From an uncultured Chloroflexia bacterium (lineage in GTDB: Bacteria; Chloroflexota; UBA6077; JACCZL01): a DNA stretch of 64,000 nucleotides. Shown piece by piece: positions 22,949 through 33,542 of this stretch. Positions within the stretch are counted from its first letter, which is position 1, and the number at the start of each line of letters is the position of its first letter. The position numbers and the translations under genes are program-made. Under the pieces are notes generated by a model. That model searched no databases, was not told where the DNA came from, and saw nothing but the letters and a program-made list of their open reading frames with translations. The stretch is taken from assembly GCA_963765765.1 (NCBI GenBank), contig CAVXYC010000020.1, forward strand, positions 416,001 to 480,000. Direction: 5' to 3'.

Positions 22949-23699
22949 GGGTGACCGCCCGAGCGGGTGTGCGAGGCAGACCGGGTGCTCCCAGCCAGCT
23001 TTTTATTCGGTACAGCCATACAAGTCTGATCATTTCTATTCCAAGCACAAAGGCCTTCATACGGTCGCCGGTCACGGAGGACTCGCCGACTCGTGGCAGG
23101 TAATTCACGGGGATTTGAACGACACGATGCCCCTGGAGAACACTTACCAGCATCATCTCAGGGCCAAAGTGACTCCCACCAATGGTGAAGTAGGGCTCCA
23201 TTTGCTGGTAAGCGTCTCGTCGAACGAGGCGCATGGTGCAGCCGACATCCGTCAGGTTTGTAGTATTGAAAAGAAGCTCCATCATTTTGGCCACGGCCCA
23301 ATTTCCCCATCGTAGAAACAGGCCCATGTTTGCCCCATGCCAGATGAACATGCGCGCCGTGCGGCTGCCGTAGACCACATCGAAATCATCCGAGTAAGCC
23401 AACAGCTTCAGCACATCGCGTGCGAGAAAGGTCCCGTCCGGCTCCGCCAGAATGAGATACTCGCCAGTGGCATCCTTGAGGCCGCGTTGAATAGCACAAC
23501 CGTAGCCCTGGCGTGGCTCGTGAATCTCCCGGGCGGATGTTTGGGCAACCTCTTCCGAGGTCCCTGGGGCGGCATTGTTATTGACGACGAGGATCTCGTC
23601 AACAATGCCCAACGCCTCAAATCCTTCGATACACGCGCGGATCGAGTCCTTCTCGTTATACGTCGGAAGGATGACGGAAATCGTACTGCCGTGCCACAC
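22941..23699 (-). CDS. Glycosyltransferase family 2 (polyprenol-phosphate glycosyltransferase-like)
   Basis: SVILPTYNE, RQGYG, EPDGT, GSR, TDVGC motifs. Confidence 0.88.
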   Translation of the reverse strand: MWHGSTISVILPTYNEKDSIRACIEGFEALGIVDEILVVNNNAAPGTSEEVAQTSAREIHEPRQGYGCAIQRGLKDATGEYLILAEPDGTFLARDVLKLLAYSDDFDVVYGSRTARMFIWHGANMGLFLRWGNWAVAKMMELLFNTTNLTDVGCTMRLVRRDAYQQMEPYFTIGGSHFGPEMMLVSVLQGHRVVQIPVNYLPRVGESSVTGDRMKAFVLGIEMIRLVWLYRIKSWLGAPGLPRTPARAVTRG

Positions 23700-23823
23700 G
23701 CGGCATTCTATGCACCCGACGAAAGGCGAGTCAACGAACGGAGCGCCGTAAGTGGGATGACGTCAGCAGTGTCTGAGGTGTCCGGTGGGGCTTTTTAGGT
23801 GTGTTATCCTTCAGGTCTGAATC

Positions 23824-24291
23824 ATGAGCCCAAGACAGGGTCGACCCCGCTTCCATCGCCCCGGACCGCGCCGCAAATGCGTCCTCATCGTTGAAGACAA
23901 CGCAAGTATTGGCGGTCTCATCGCGGGGTTATTGCGCGAAGAAGGCTATCGTGCTCTTCGAGCCTGGGACGGTCGCGAGGCTCTTCGGCTGGCGCGCGAC
24001 CGCCGCCCCGATCTCATCATGCTGGACCTCGACTTGCCCCACAAAGACGGCGTCGAGGTGCTCTATGAGCTCAAGCAGCACAAGGAGACTCGCCAGGCTC
24101 CCATCGTCGTCGTCTCCGGCAACACGATCGTGCTTTCTAATGAGGATCGCGAACAGCTCGCGGACGCTATCACGAAGCCCTTCGATATTGACGTGCTGCT
24201 CAACGTGGTACGCAAGGCTGTCGGTGATCCGGAGCAAGAAGTGATGGCCAAGGAATACGATCTAACAGACTCCCACCTGAACAGCTATTAG
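23824..24291 (+). CDS. Single-domain response regulator (receiver)
   Basis: LIVED, PDLIMLD, P.KDG, ITKPF. Confidence 0.88.
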   Translation: MSPRQGRPRFHRPGPRRKCVLIVEDNASIGGLIAGLLREEGYRALRAWDGREALRLARDRRPDLIMLDLDLPHKDGVEVLYELKQHKETRQAPIVVVSGNTIVLSNEDREQLADAITKPFDIDVLLNVVRKAVGDPEQEVMAKEYDLTDSHLNSY

Positions 24292-24298
24292 AGGTGTC

Positions 24299-24377
24299 CG
24301 GTGGGACAGACGTCTCGACTGTCCATAGACTCACGGATTCGATCGGGGACGGGACAATCGAGACGTCTGTCCCACCG
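24299..24377. repeat. REP-like inverted doublet (GGTGGGACAGACG family)
   Basis: CGGTGGGACAGACGTCTCGACTGTCC / GGACAATCGAGACGTCTGTCCCACCG. Confidence 0.8.
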
Positions 24378-24495
24378 ATTCACGGGCGATCTCTAGTCCT
24401 TAACTAACCGCATTGGGCGTTTCTGCCTGTCCAGTGAATGGCTCCGAGTTACAAGGACTGTACAGGCATCGACACCACTCCCTGTCGCACACCAA

Positions 24496-24537
24496 AAGCA
24501 AAGAGCCGAATCGCTGACGCGATTCGGCTCTTTGCTT
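24496..24537. terminator. Perfect 19-bp stem hairpin, terminator-like
   Basis: AAGCAAAGAGCCGAATCGC-TGAC-GCGATTCGGCTCTTTGCTT. Confidence 0.75.
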
Positions 24538-24539
24538 GA

Positions 24540-24854
24540 ATGGCTTTTCTAGATCTACGGCTTCGGCAAAGGCGCCCGAGCCCGAACGTCCATCCGCGTG
24601 GCAAGAGCCGTGGTATCAGCCTCCAGATCAGCGCCCACTTCTTCGAGCCCGACAACAATGCCCACGAGAGTCGAACGCTGGAAGGGCACGATATGCATCG
24701 TGAGGCCGTTGTCATCTTCACCGTAACCTCAGACGGCCCTCTCACCCAGGGTGAGGATCTCGTTTTACTCAGTGCTTGGAAACTTCTCAGGGAGCGTATC
24801 GAGGAACGCGCCGCCAACCTGGTGCGCCATTCTTCGGTAGAGCGGAGTAAATGA
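24540..24854 (+). CDS. Hypothetical protein
   Basis: ORF only; C-terminal half looks protein-like, start uncertain. Confidence 0.35.
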   Translation: MAFLDLRLRQRRPSPNVHPRGKSRGISLQISAHFFEPDNNAHESRTLEGHDMHREAVVIFTVTSDGPLTQGEDLVLLSAWKLLRERIEERAANLVRHSSVERSK

Positions 24855-25565
24855 TCTGCTGAATCACTGCCCGCCCATTGCGTATAGACGAATTGCATTG
24901 AGGAGCACGGGATTGGCCGTCAATTGGACGGAGTCCGCCATTCGCTGATATCCGCGTGGCATCTCGGCAAGGTCGTTCGCATCGGTTGGCAAGGCGATGA
25001 CGCTGGATGGCCCGAGCAGAAGAGAAACCACTATAAAAGACTTCAACTAAAAGTCGCAGGCATACACATTCCCGATATTGTGCGATAGCCAATTCAGGGG
25101 TGCGGCGCGGCGCGAGTATCGGAGGGAGCCGAACGGGTCAATCTAACGGATCAGATGTGCTCAGCCGTTCAGCAGTGACCAAAACTTTCGTATAAGGCGC
25201 GTATGCGCTAGTGAGCGACTGGCGCAGCGGATCCATTTCGAAGCATCAGACGCGCAAGTCGCACGGCATCATCCGGAGATTCTACATGCCTGTCCCCGAT
25301 AATTGATGTTGTCTACGAAGTTGCGGGGAGCAAACTCAGAGCTGAAGACGCGAGCGCGTGCATCGAGCCGCCATGGCGGCGTTTACCCGAGAACCTAATC
25401 CGTGGGTACCCGAAATCCCCAGGCGGCGCGGTGTGGTGCTCCGACGCAGCCGAACCGCGTTCCGGACGTTGTTCCCCGTTTCGAGCCCCGTAAACATGGC
25501 GCGCGGGACCTCGACCGACCCAGGTGAACGCTCGCTACGGGGCCGGCCATAGCCCGGTTGGGTGG

Positions 25566-25593
25566 TTGACAGGGATGGGCCGCGGCCTAGACT
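25566..25593 (+). promoter_or_regulatory. Sigma70-type promoter of the oxidase-peroxidase pair
   Basis: TTGACA-16 nt-TAGACT; AGGAGG RBS before ATG 25738. Confidence 0.6.
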
Positions 25594-25737
25594 AGGCGTA
25601 TCGTCGGACGAGTCGAGCCCCGGCCGCAGCAGTCCGAATCTTGGACGCGAACCGCGGGCGGAACGCGAGCGTCTCGGCGGCCCGAGGCCGAGCGGCCACT
25701 TGAGCTGCCCGCCCTCATCGGTACTAGGAGGTGCTCG

Positions 25738-27105
25738 ATGGGATTCTGGGAAGTCCTCCCCGAAGATTCCGAGGTAGCCGCGGTCCACGCGGCGCTCCTG
25801 CCGACTGGCGACGTTGCCTACGTCTCGGGCAACACTGGCCAGGACATTCCGGCCGACACGCGCATCTGGAGCCCGGCCATGCGTGAGGTGCGCACGGCGC
25901 CCAATGCCCCGGAGACAGACCTCTTCTGCAGCGGCCTCACCCCATTGCTCGACGGACGACTCCTCGTGGTGGGCGGCACGACGCTGTACCCCACGGACGA
26001 GAGCCCGACGTTTACCGGCAGCCACGCGTCCTACGTGCTCTATCCGTTCGATGGCTGGGAGCGCATGCCGGACATGGCCTTCGGCCGCTGGTATCCGTCC
26101 GCCATCATGCTGCCGGACGGCCGCGTGCTGGTCGTCTCCGGCCTGGGGGACGACGGCGGGATCGTTCCCAATGTCGAAATCTTCAACCCGTTCTCGGTGG
26201 AATGGGAGATCCTTCCGGGCGGTGCCGATCGATTCCTGCCGCTCTACCCACGTCTGCACCTGCTGCCGAACGGCGAGGTGGCCTGTGCCGGCAACGGTGC
26301 CGACTCCGCGATTCTCAACCTGGACGCGATGGAGTGGCGCGACATCGGCGGACACAGCGAGGCGGCCCATCGCCACGATGATCTGTGCGTGCTGCTGGAG
26401 CTCGACGGAGGGGTGCGTTTGCTGCACACCGGCGGGGCGATGGACGATGAGCCGGGCCACCCCGGGGCGGCTGACGCGCGGATGCTCGACCTGAATGATC
26501 CCGATCCGGCGTGGCGCGAGATCGCGCCCATGCATCACCCGCGCTGGTTCCCCAATTCCGTCCTGCTACCGGACGGTCGGTTGTTCGTGTGCGGCGGCGG
26601 TCGCTTCGAGAATTTCGACCCGGTGCTCGAGTCGGAGATCTTTGACCCGGCCACGGAGTCCTGGACGCAGGACGCGTCCATGGAGGTGGGGCGGCTGTAC
26701 CATTCCACGGCGCTGCTCCTGCCGGACGGCCGCGTCTGGATGGCCGGGACCGACGGCGAGACCCGCATGGAGGTGTACACCCCCGATTACCTGCTCATCG
26801 GCGATCGCCCGGTCATCTACGCCGCGCCCGAGACCATCACCTACAACCAGGTGTTCAGTATCCCGATGAGCGGCGCCGAAGATGTGTCGCGCGCCGTGTT
26901 CATCCGGCTGTCCGCAGTCACGCACGCCTGGAACATGGGCCAGCGCTCGATCCCGATGGCATTCGGGGCGTTGGGTCCGGAAGAGCTCGAGATCGTGGCG
27001 CCGCCGGACATGATGACTGCGCCACCGGGCCACTACATGCTGTTCGTTGTCAACGGCGCCGGCATCCCCGCGGTCGCGCCGATCGTCCAGATCATCGCCG
27101 TATGA
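25738..27105 (+). CDS. Copper radical oxidase (galactose/glyoxal oxidase family, Kelch + DUF1929)
   Basis: LFCSG (cofactor Cys), RWYPS (Tyr), RLYHST (Tyr/His), VTHA (His), APPGHYMLF; no signal peptide. Confidence 0.88.
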   Translation: MGFWEVLPEDSEVAAVHAALLPTGDVAYVSGNTGQDIPADTRIWSPAMREVRTAPNAPETDLFCSGLTPLLDGRLLVVGGTTLYPTDESPTFTGSHASYVLYPFDGWERMPDMAFGRWYPSAIMLPDGRVLVVSGLGDDGGIVPNVEIFNPFSVEWEILPGGADRFLPLYPRLHLLPNGEVACAGNGADSAILNLDAMEWRDIGGHSEAAHRHDDLCVLLELDGGVRLLHTGGAMDDEPGHPGAADARMLDLNDPDPAWREIAPMHHPRWFPNSVLLPDGRLFVCGGGRFENFDPVLESEIFDPATESWTQDASMEVGRLYHSTALLLPDGRVWMAGTDGETRMEVYTPDYLLIGDRPVIYAAPETITYNQVFSIPMSGAEDVSRAVFIRLSAVTHAWNMGQRSIPMAFGALGPEELEIVAPPDMMTAPPGHYMLFVVNGAGIPAVAPIVQIIAV

Positions 27106-27219
27106 ATCGTCCGCCGCACGTGGGGAACGGCGCTCCGCATCCTCTTCAAATCCGTCGTGGGCACACCACGGCTCCGATGCGGTCCGATCATAGTGACCGC
27201 GCCAGGAAGGACTCGAAAT

Positions 27220-28942
27220 ATGCCCGATGACGCGCCACCATTCATTCACGGCCTCACGGTGCGTTCCGGAGAGGACACGCCTCGGGGGCCTTTCGCGCCG
27301 ACGGGCAAATTCGGGCGTATGTATCCCGAGCTCCTGGCGTTCGAGCCACCTGACGAGGACCTGGAGGCCCTGGGCGACGCGATGTCCGAGCCACCCGTGG
27401 CGGTCGATGGGGTCGATGATCCGACCGGCGACAACGACGGAGTCCCGGTCGGCTTCACCTATCTCGGTCAGTTCATCGATCACGACATCACCTTCGATAC
27501 GACCTCGCTGAAAGAGACGCTAGTGGACCCACTGGCGCTCCACAATTTCCGCTCGCCGGCGCTGGACCTGGACTGCCTCTACGGCGGCGGCCCCGCCGTG
27601 CAGCCCTACCTCTACCGACGCCGACCCGACGACCCGGACCTTTTCGAGGTGGGGCGAACCGTCCCGGGCAAGAGCGCGGGCGATCCGGAGCTCGCCGGGC
27701 AAACCGGCCTTCCCAAACGATCTGCCGCGCGCGGCCAGCGGGCTGGCGGTCATCGGCGACCCGCGCAATGACGAGAACCTCGTGGTTGCCCAGCTTCACC
27801 TGGCTTTCCTCAAGTTCCACAACGAGGTGGTGGCACAGATCAAGGCGGGGACCATCGAGCCGCAGTCCCCAATACGAAAGTCGCCGTTCGAGGAAGCACG
27901 CGACCTGGTGGTCTGGCACTACCAGTGGATCGTCCTGCACGATTTCCTCGGCCGGATCCTGGACCCGGCGCAGCTCGATCACGTGCTGGAGCACGGATCG
28001 AGCGTGTTCCGCGATGCCGTCGACCCCTTCATGCCAGTCGAGTTCTCCGTGGCCGCGTACCGCCTGGGTCACAGCATGGTCCGTGGAATCTATGACTTCA
28101 ATCGCGTCTTTCGACCAGGGGGCGTTTTCCCGGCCACGCTCGAGCTCCTCTTTACGTTCTCCGGTCGCTCATCGGTGCGCGGCTCGTCCGAGCCGAGCGA
28201 CGATCCTGTGCCGATCCCGAGCGACTGGATCATCGATTGGCGGCGTTTCTTCGAGATCGACCCGACGGTCACGCCGGGACTCAGCCGCAAACTGAATCCG
28301 TTCCTGGCCGACCCGCTCGGCAACCTCCCGAATGTGCCGCCTCCCAGCAGCCTCGCGGTGCGGAATCTCCTACGCGGGAAGCGCCTGGGCCTGCCGCCCG
28401 GGCAGAGCGTGGCCCGGCACCTCGGATTCGAGCCGCTCTCTCCCGATCAGATCGCCACGGGCTCGGATGGGCAAGTGGCTGCCGCGCACAATCTCCATGT
28501 GGAGTCACCGCTCTGGTACTACATCCTCAAGGAAGCCGAGATCCAGGGTGCCGGCGCACGACTCGGGCAGGTCGGCAGCCGCATCGTCGCGGAAGTGCTT
28601 GTCGGCCTTCTCCAGAAGGATCCGCACTCGTACCTCGTGCGCCGACCGAACTGGGCGCCCAGCCTGCCATCCGAGACGGCGGGCGACTTCACCATGGCGG
28701 ATCTGCTGCGCCTGGTTGGGGAGCTCAACCCGATCGCCGACTCCGCCGCGGACATTGCCGACCGCACGTTCGCGGAGCTCCGTCAGGAGAACCCCAACAT
28801 CGGCGACCAGCTCGCCGAGTGGCGTGACCTGCGGCGACAACGCGGCGAGGATCGCAACGACTACCGAGCGTTCCGACGCCACCTTCTTGCCATCGGCGCG
28901 CCGGACCCCGGCGAGCAGGAGTTTGTCGGGTTCAGGAGTTAG
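27220..28942 (+). CDS. Heme peroxidase, peroxidase-cyclooxygenase superfamily (frameshift near 27715)
   Basis: GFTYLGQFIDHD, LDLDCLYG, IGDPRNDEN, AAYRLGHS, PLWYYILKEA. Confidence 0.88.
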
Positions 28943-29279
28943 AAGGGCAAGCGCGCGACCACGCACACTGGATGGTCCGGGATCTCCCAGGTGGGCGGGA
29001 GGACGTCGCTGGAGAGGCTCGCGCGGACCTTACGTCGATATTAACCTTGAAGTGCACGAGCGATCGCGGATGCGATCCGGGCGAGGCCTGCGGTGCTCGC
29101 ATCAGGAGATCTGACAGTCGAACACGACGTCCACACGACGTGCGGGCGCTGAATATCAGCGTGAACGACCACGAACGCGACCATGCCAATCCGAAGCGCC
29201 GTCAAATGCAATGTCTGTAAAGCTATCGACATAGCCGACGAAGACGATAGGCGATCGGTACACGCGGTGAGTCTCAATC

Positions 29280-29560
29280 CCGCTGGTATCGCAGACCCTC
29301 TGGAAAGGCACTCCGGTCGTGGCCGCGCGCGTGGGCGGTATCGCGCTCCAGCTGCACGACGGTGTGGGCGCCTTTCTGGTGGACTCCGTTGAAGAGTGCG
29401 CTGAGCGCACGCTCTGGCTGCTCCAACACCCGAGTCGAAGCACGGCGCTGGCCGCACGGGGGCGAAAAACGGTGCGCGAACGCTTCCTCCTGACCCGGCT
29501 CATCGCCGACGAGCTGCGGCCCTATGGAGCTCTACTCGGATCAATTCCAACCCCCGTCGA
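29280..29560 (+). pseudogene. C-terminal fragment of GT4 trehalose synthase (TreT-like)
   Basis: [41 protein letters not shown] with no N-terminal part. Confidence 0.65.
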
Positions 29561-29738
29561 GCAGAGCTTCGCGCCGCGCCGCGTTCGAGCAGATTCAACC
29601 ACTGCAGCCGCGTCACCAGCGGCCCGCGCTTCGGCGAGCCGTGTGACCCCGCCCCACGGACCGGCTGATTGCTGACTCGCGGAAGCTGCGCCACGGGCCT
29701 TCCCATACCAGTTAACGTTGTGACACACTGGGGCTCCC

Positions 29739-29942
29739 ATGCCGACACCGTTGCATGAGCGCCGCGAATTCCGCGAACTCTTCCTCGCGCGCATCGAGCG
29801 GCTGCTCGCCCTCAAGCGCGCGCAGCCGGCGATGGACATCGAGACGCAGCGGCTGATTGCGTGGGCGTTGATTTCCGCCTACCGGGATTGTGTGCGGCTT
29901 GGCGTCGGATCTGTGGCGGAGGCGGAGCTGCGCGACTGGTAG
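29739..29942 (+). CDS. 67-aa helical protein of unknown function (paralog of 61133)
   Basis: RIERLLAL..RLIAWALISAYRDC motif shared with 61133..61336. Confidence 0.6.
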   Translation: MPTPLHERREFRELFLARIERLLALKRAQPAMDIETQRLIAWALISAYRDCVRLGVGSVAEAELRDW

Positions 29943-30189
29943 CGGAACCTTCGCGCTCTGCGGCACACACCTGGAAGGCGGTTCGAACGATCTCTGCCGG
30001 ACAATGCCACCCTGGCCGTTCCACCGGCCACCACGGTGATCGGAGCGGAGACCAAGTGCCTCAACCACTGCAAGACCGTGTCACCGGCGCGCCGCGTTGG
30101 TCCTGCTCGAACTCACCGCAAGCGCTGGCATGCGGTCTGCTGGATGGGCGTGCAGGGTCAGGCGATGTAGCCTGCCCGGGAGGTTGTTC

Positions 30190-30486
30190 ATGCTCTGGCA
30201 ATGCGAGTTCACGTGGTATTCCCATACCACTCGGCACCAGGTCGCGGAGCGGATCATCCAACAGCACGACGCGGGGCTCAACCACCCGGAACGCATCCGC
30301 GGCTGGTACAACCTGGCCGGTGGGGGCGCGGGATACTTGCTGATCGAAACCGACGATCCGCGCGAGCTGACCGCCTTTCTACAGCCGTATATGGATCTGG
30401 TGAGCTTTGACGTGCGGGCCGTGTACGAGCTGAACTATGACGAGCAGATCGACGAGCTGCGAAGGGTAGTGCAGGAGGGCAGTTAG
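30190..30486 (+). CDS. DUF3303-like small protein
   Basis: GGAGG RBS; GWYNLAGGGAGYLLIETDD..QPYMDLVSFDVRAV. Confidence 0.7.
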   Translation: MLWQCEFTWYSHTTRHQVAERIIQQHDAGLNHPERIRGWYNLAGGGAGYLLIETDDPRELTAFLQPYMDLVSFDVRAVYELNYDEQIDELRRVVQEGS

Positions 30487-31671
30487 CTCGCCGTTCCGAG
30501 GCGCCCAGGTCGAAACAGCGCCCGCTTGACAGGCCCCGTCCCCGCCAGCGCTAGTCTGAAGGCACGAACGCAAGCTGACGAGGACGAATGGATGCCCGGC
30601 ATTGGCTCATCGACGACTCGTGCACGCCATGGCGATCGGCCTCGCCATACTCCAGCTCGCGCCCGGCCTCGCCGAGGACCAGGCGCCCACGGCATCGACA
30701 ACCTGGTTCGCGAAGGCGTAGTTGGGCAATCCCAACGCCGACCGCGCGGATAGAGATCACGTAAAGGCCCGTCGCTGGCAGTGATAGGGGCCACTGTGAT
30801 TAGGCCCGTCCGGGCATTCGACTGTGACCTCAGACTATCGGGCCCGGACGACTCATCGACTCTCCGGTGGTGCGGAATCCGTCCCGGTCGCATCTCGCGA
30901 CGGTGCGCGCCGCGGCCGCTGGAGTTGCCGCACACGCGAGGCTTGAACTGCGTCGCCTGACTGTTGGGCAGGTCTGATCTCCGCATGATTGCAGGTGACA
31001 TTTCATCCTCGCGTGGGCGCGGGCCTGACATCCACTAGCAACCCTAGCAGGTGCCGTAGAACGCCCACCACGTGGCCGAGCGCTCGCCATTGCCTGCACG
31101 ATCGGCATGTCCATGGCGGCGTTTCGGTTCGACCGACCCAATTTCTTGTCAATACGTTTCACTAATTACGATGAGTGACAGAGTTACGATGCACGACATT
31201 GTGTGGCCGGAAGCGGAGCGCGATATCGATCCCGACGGACGGGTCCGGGCAGCAGCAGCCAGAGACGATGAGCTGATGCACCCGCCCGTGTCATGTCGGG
31301 CCCTAGAGGCTACTTCTCGTCGCGGTGCGCGCGTAATGAATCCCCGCCGCCAACCGCCACCGGTCATCCCTGACGGTCTCTGTATCCCATGCTTCGCTGA
31401 ACTCATCGCGTGCGGACGCTACACGCTGGGGGATCCCAGCCCGGAACCAGCGACTCCCTGACCCATCGATGTCGTGCGCGCGTGAATCAGTGCAACCAGG
31501 CGGTGCTCAGGCCCGCAGTTTACCCAGCAGGACGTACCCATTATCGATGCTCGAGCCGGCCCTGCATCGACCCTCAGTTGCCCCAGCCTCGAATACGTCG
31601 GACCTAACGGCACGGTATCTGAGACCTCGATGGTGATCTGGCAATCCCTGCAGGCGTGAGACAGAGCGTCT

Positions 31672-32711
31672 CTATCGGGGGGCGAGTGCCCGCGCCCATA
31701 CGGACCACTCATCAGGGCGGACTCGTCCGAGCAACATAGGCGCCCCGTGCTCCATTCGAAACACCGCCGCGCCACCCTCCTCGGGCAGATCGACATCCGC
31801 AGCCAGGCGGATGTTCGGCGAGTGCGCGACCAGGAAGGTGCTCGTCCCTGCTTGCGGTGGTCGCGCCAGGATGAGCTTGAACGTCTCGGTGTTCTGAGTC
31901 CGTTGCTGCTCCGTGAGCGGGTCCGGCAGAGCCATGCTGGATTCCACTTCGGGGTCAATATTGAACAGGAGCCGCGCGTATTCACGAGCGCGGCAATATC
32001 CGCTGCTGCGTACCTGGCCCACGGGCACGTTCATCGCCCGAAGCGCCTCACCGATACTTTGACCCTGCTGCCGCCCCGCATCGGTGAGATTGCGTTGCGT
32101 GGCGCAGTTGGCCAGATTGTCGGGATCAGTATCACGCTCATTGGGGTCGGTGGCACCGTGGCGAAAGTACACCACGTGGCCGCCGCCTCGAAGCGCATCC
32201 ACAAGCTGGCGGTCACCCTCCCACTCGAACCGCCGATCGTTCGGCCGCGTCTCCACGACCCCATCGTGGTTCACCCAGGTTCGATCCGACGCCACGAACA
32301 TGACCCGGCCGTCCAGCGCCCGCAGCACAAGCAGGCCGTTCGTGGTCCGCTGCTCGGTGTTCCCATTGCCTGGGAATCTGTCGTTCCGGCTCCAGGCACG
32401 TACCAACCTGCGATGCGCCGACGATATCTCGGAATGTCGCGAACCCCAGAACCATCTGGCACGCGACGGGGCTCGGCGCTGCCGCGGACACGGACGCTGG
32501 CGAGGCGGCCGGAGCTGACCACTGGGCTCGCGGCAGCGAACGGACCACCGGCCGCTGGGCTTGCCACGGGGGACGCGACGGAGCTCGAGGTCACAGGAGC
32601 TGGTGAAGCAGCGGTAGGCGGGGAGGCGGGCGTGGACGTGCTCGGCTGACACGCGCTCACTATTCCCGAGACGATAAGGGCAGCCGCCCAATACGACATG
32701 ATTCGATGCAT
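31672..32711 (-). CDS. Lipoprotein with histidine phosphatase domain (frameshifted)
   Basis: Lipobox IVSAC, Pro/Ser linker, LGFATFRD..EQRTTNG..RTWVN..RFEWE domain, then RHG, SSGYCRA, LVAH. Confidence 0.75.
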
Positions 32712-33542
32712 GTGTATCTCCCTGTTACGACCCTATTCAGGCCGGCTTACGCCGCGAACCTTTCTCGTGAGCGAGCGTTATCGAAGATCCCGATACCTAC
32801 ACTCGCTACGCTGAACCGATCCCGTGCAGGGGCACATTGGCTGAGAACCAGATCTATCTCAGCACGTCCATCCGATCCGAGTGCCAGTACCATCGTGAAT
32901 GCCCGTCGGCGTCGCGCGATGGGTTCGGCGCAGTCATCACCCTAGGTGTCGACGTCGAACGCGTCAATGGCCCGAACGGGGTATTCGGGGCCCCAGCTCC
33001 TGAAGCTCATCACCGCTGGGTCGTGAGCAGAAGTTGGGCGTGCTGCGCACGAGTGGCGGTGTGTCGCGCCGGATGTGGCACGGCGGTGCAATGGCCAATC
33101 CGAACGCGCGGCCGAAGTGACGGGCGGCGCCAGCGGGAACTCAGCTTCGCCCGGCGGCGCTTTCCACGAAGCATCAGTCCCGGCCCTATGCTGCCTACTC
33201 GCGCGTGGTCGGTGGACGAAGTTGTCGCTTTGCCAAGGTGAGAGGCCAGATGGAGGATGGAACCACGCGGTATTCCGGCGAATTCAAGTGATCGGCTCAT
33301 TCTTACCGATCTCTGCGCGGAGTGGAATCGCCTGGACCACCTTCTCGCCGAACCTATGGCCGGCGAATCCGAGGTGGTGGGTGTTCTCGAATCGCAACCA
33401 GGGATGAACCGCCCTTGGGCGCGCTGCATGCGCCCCCCCAACTAGCTCTTTCAGACTAGTAGCAGTCGGTGGGATTCCTGCTATCGTTGAAGGCAAAAGC
33501 GTCCCCTTCCGATTAAGACGTCAGTGCTTGGTGGATTGACGT

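Noticed and set aside
24476-24494. tRNA 3'-end remnant (ACTCCCTGTCGCACACCA) as an att site
   Set aside because: One base short for T-stem plus acceptor, no TTCG loop, and orientation would place the island on the core-gene side
25336-26538. 400-aa minus-strand ORF
   Set aside because: Antisense shadow of the copper radical oxidase
30490-31660. Short ORFs between the DUF3303-like gene and the phosphatase
   Set aside because: No recognisable motifs or consistent frame; probably decayed DNA
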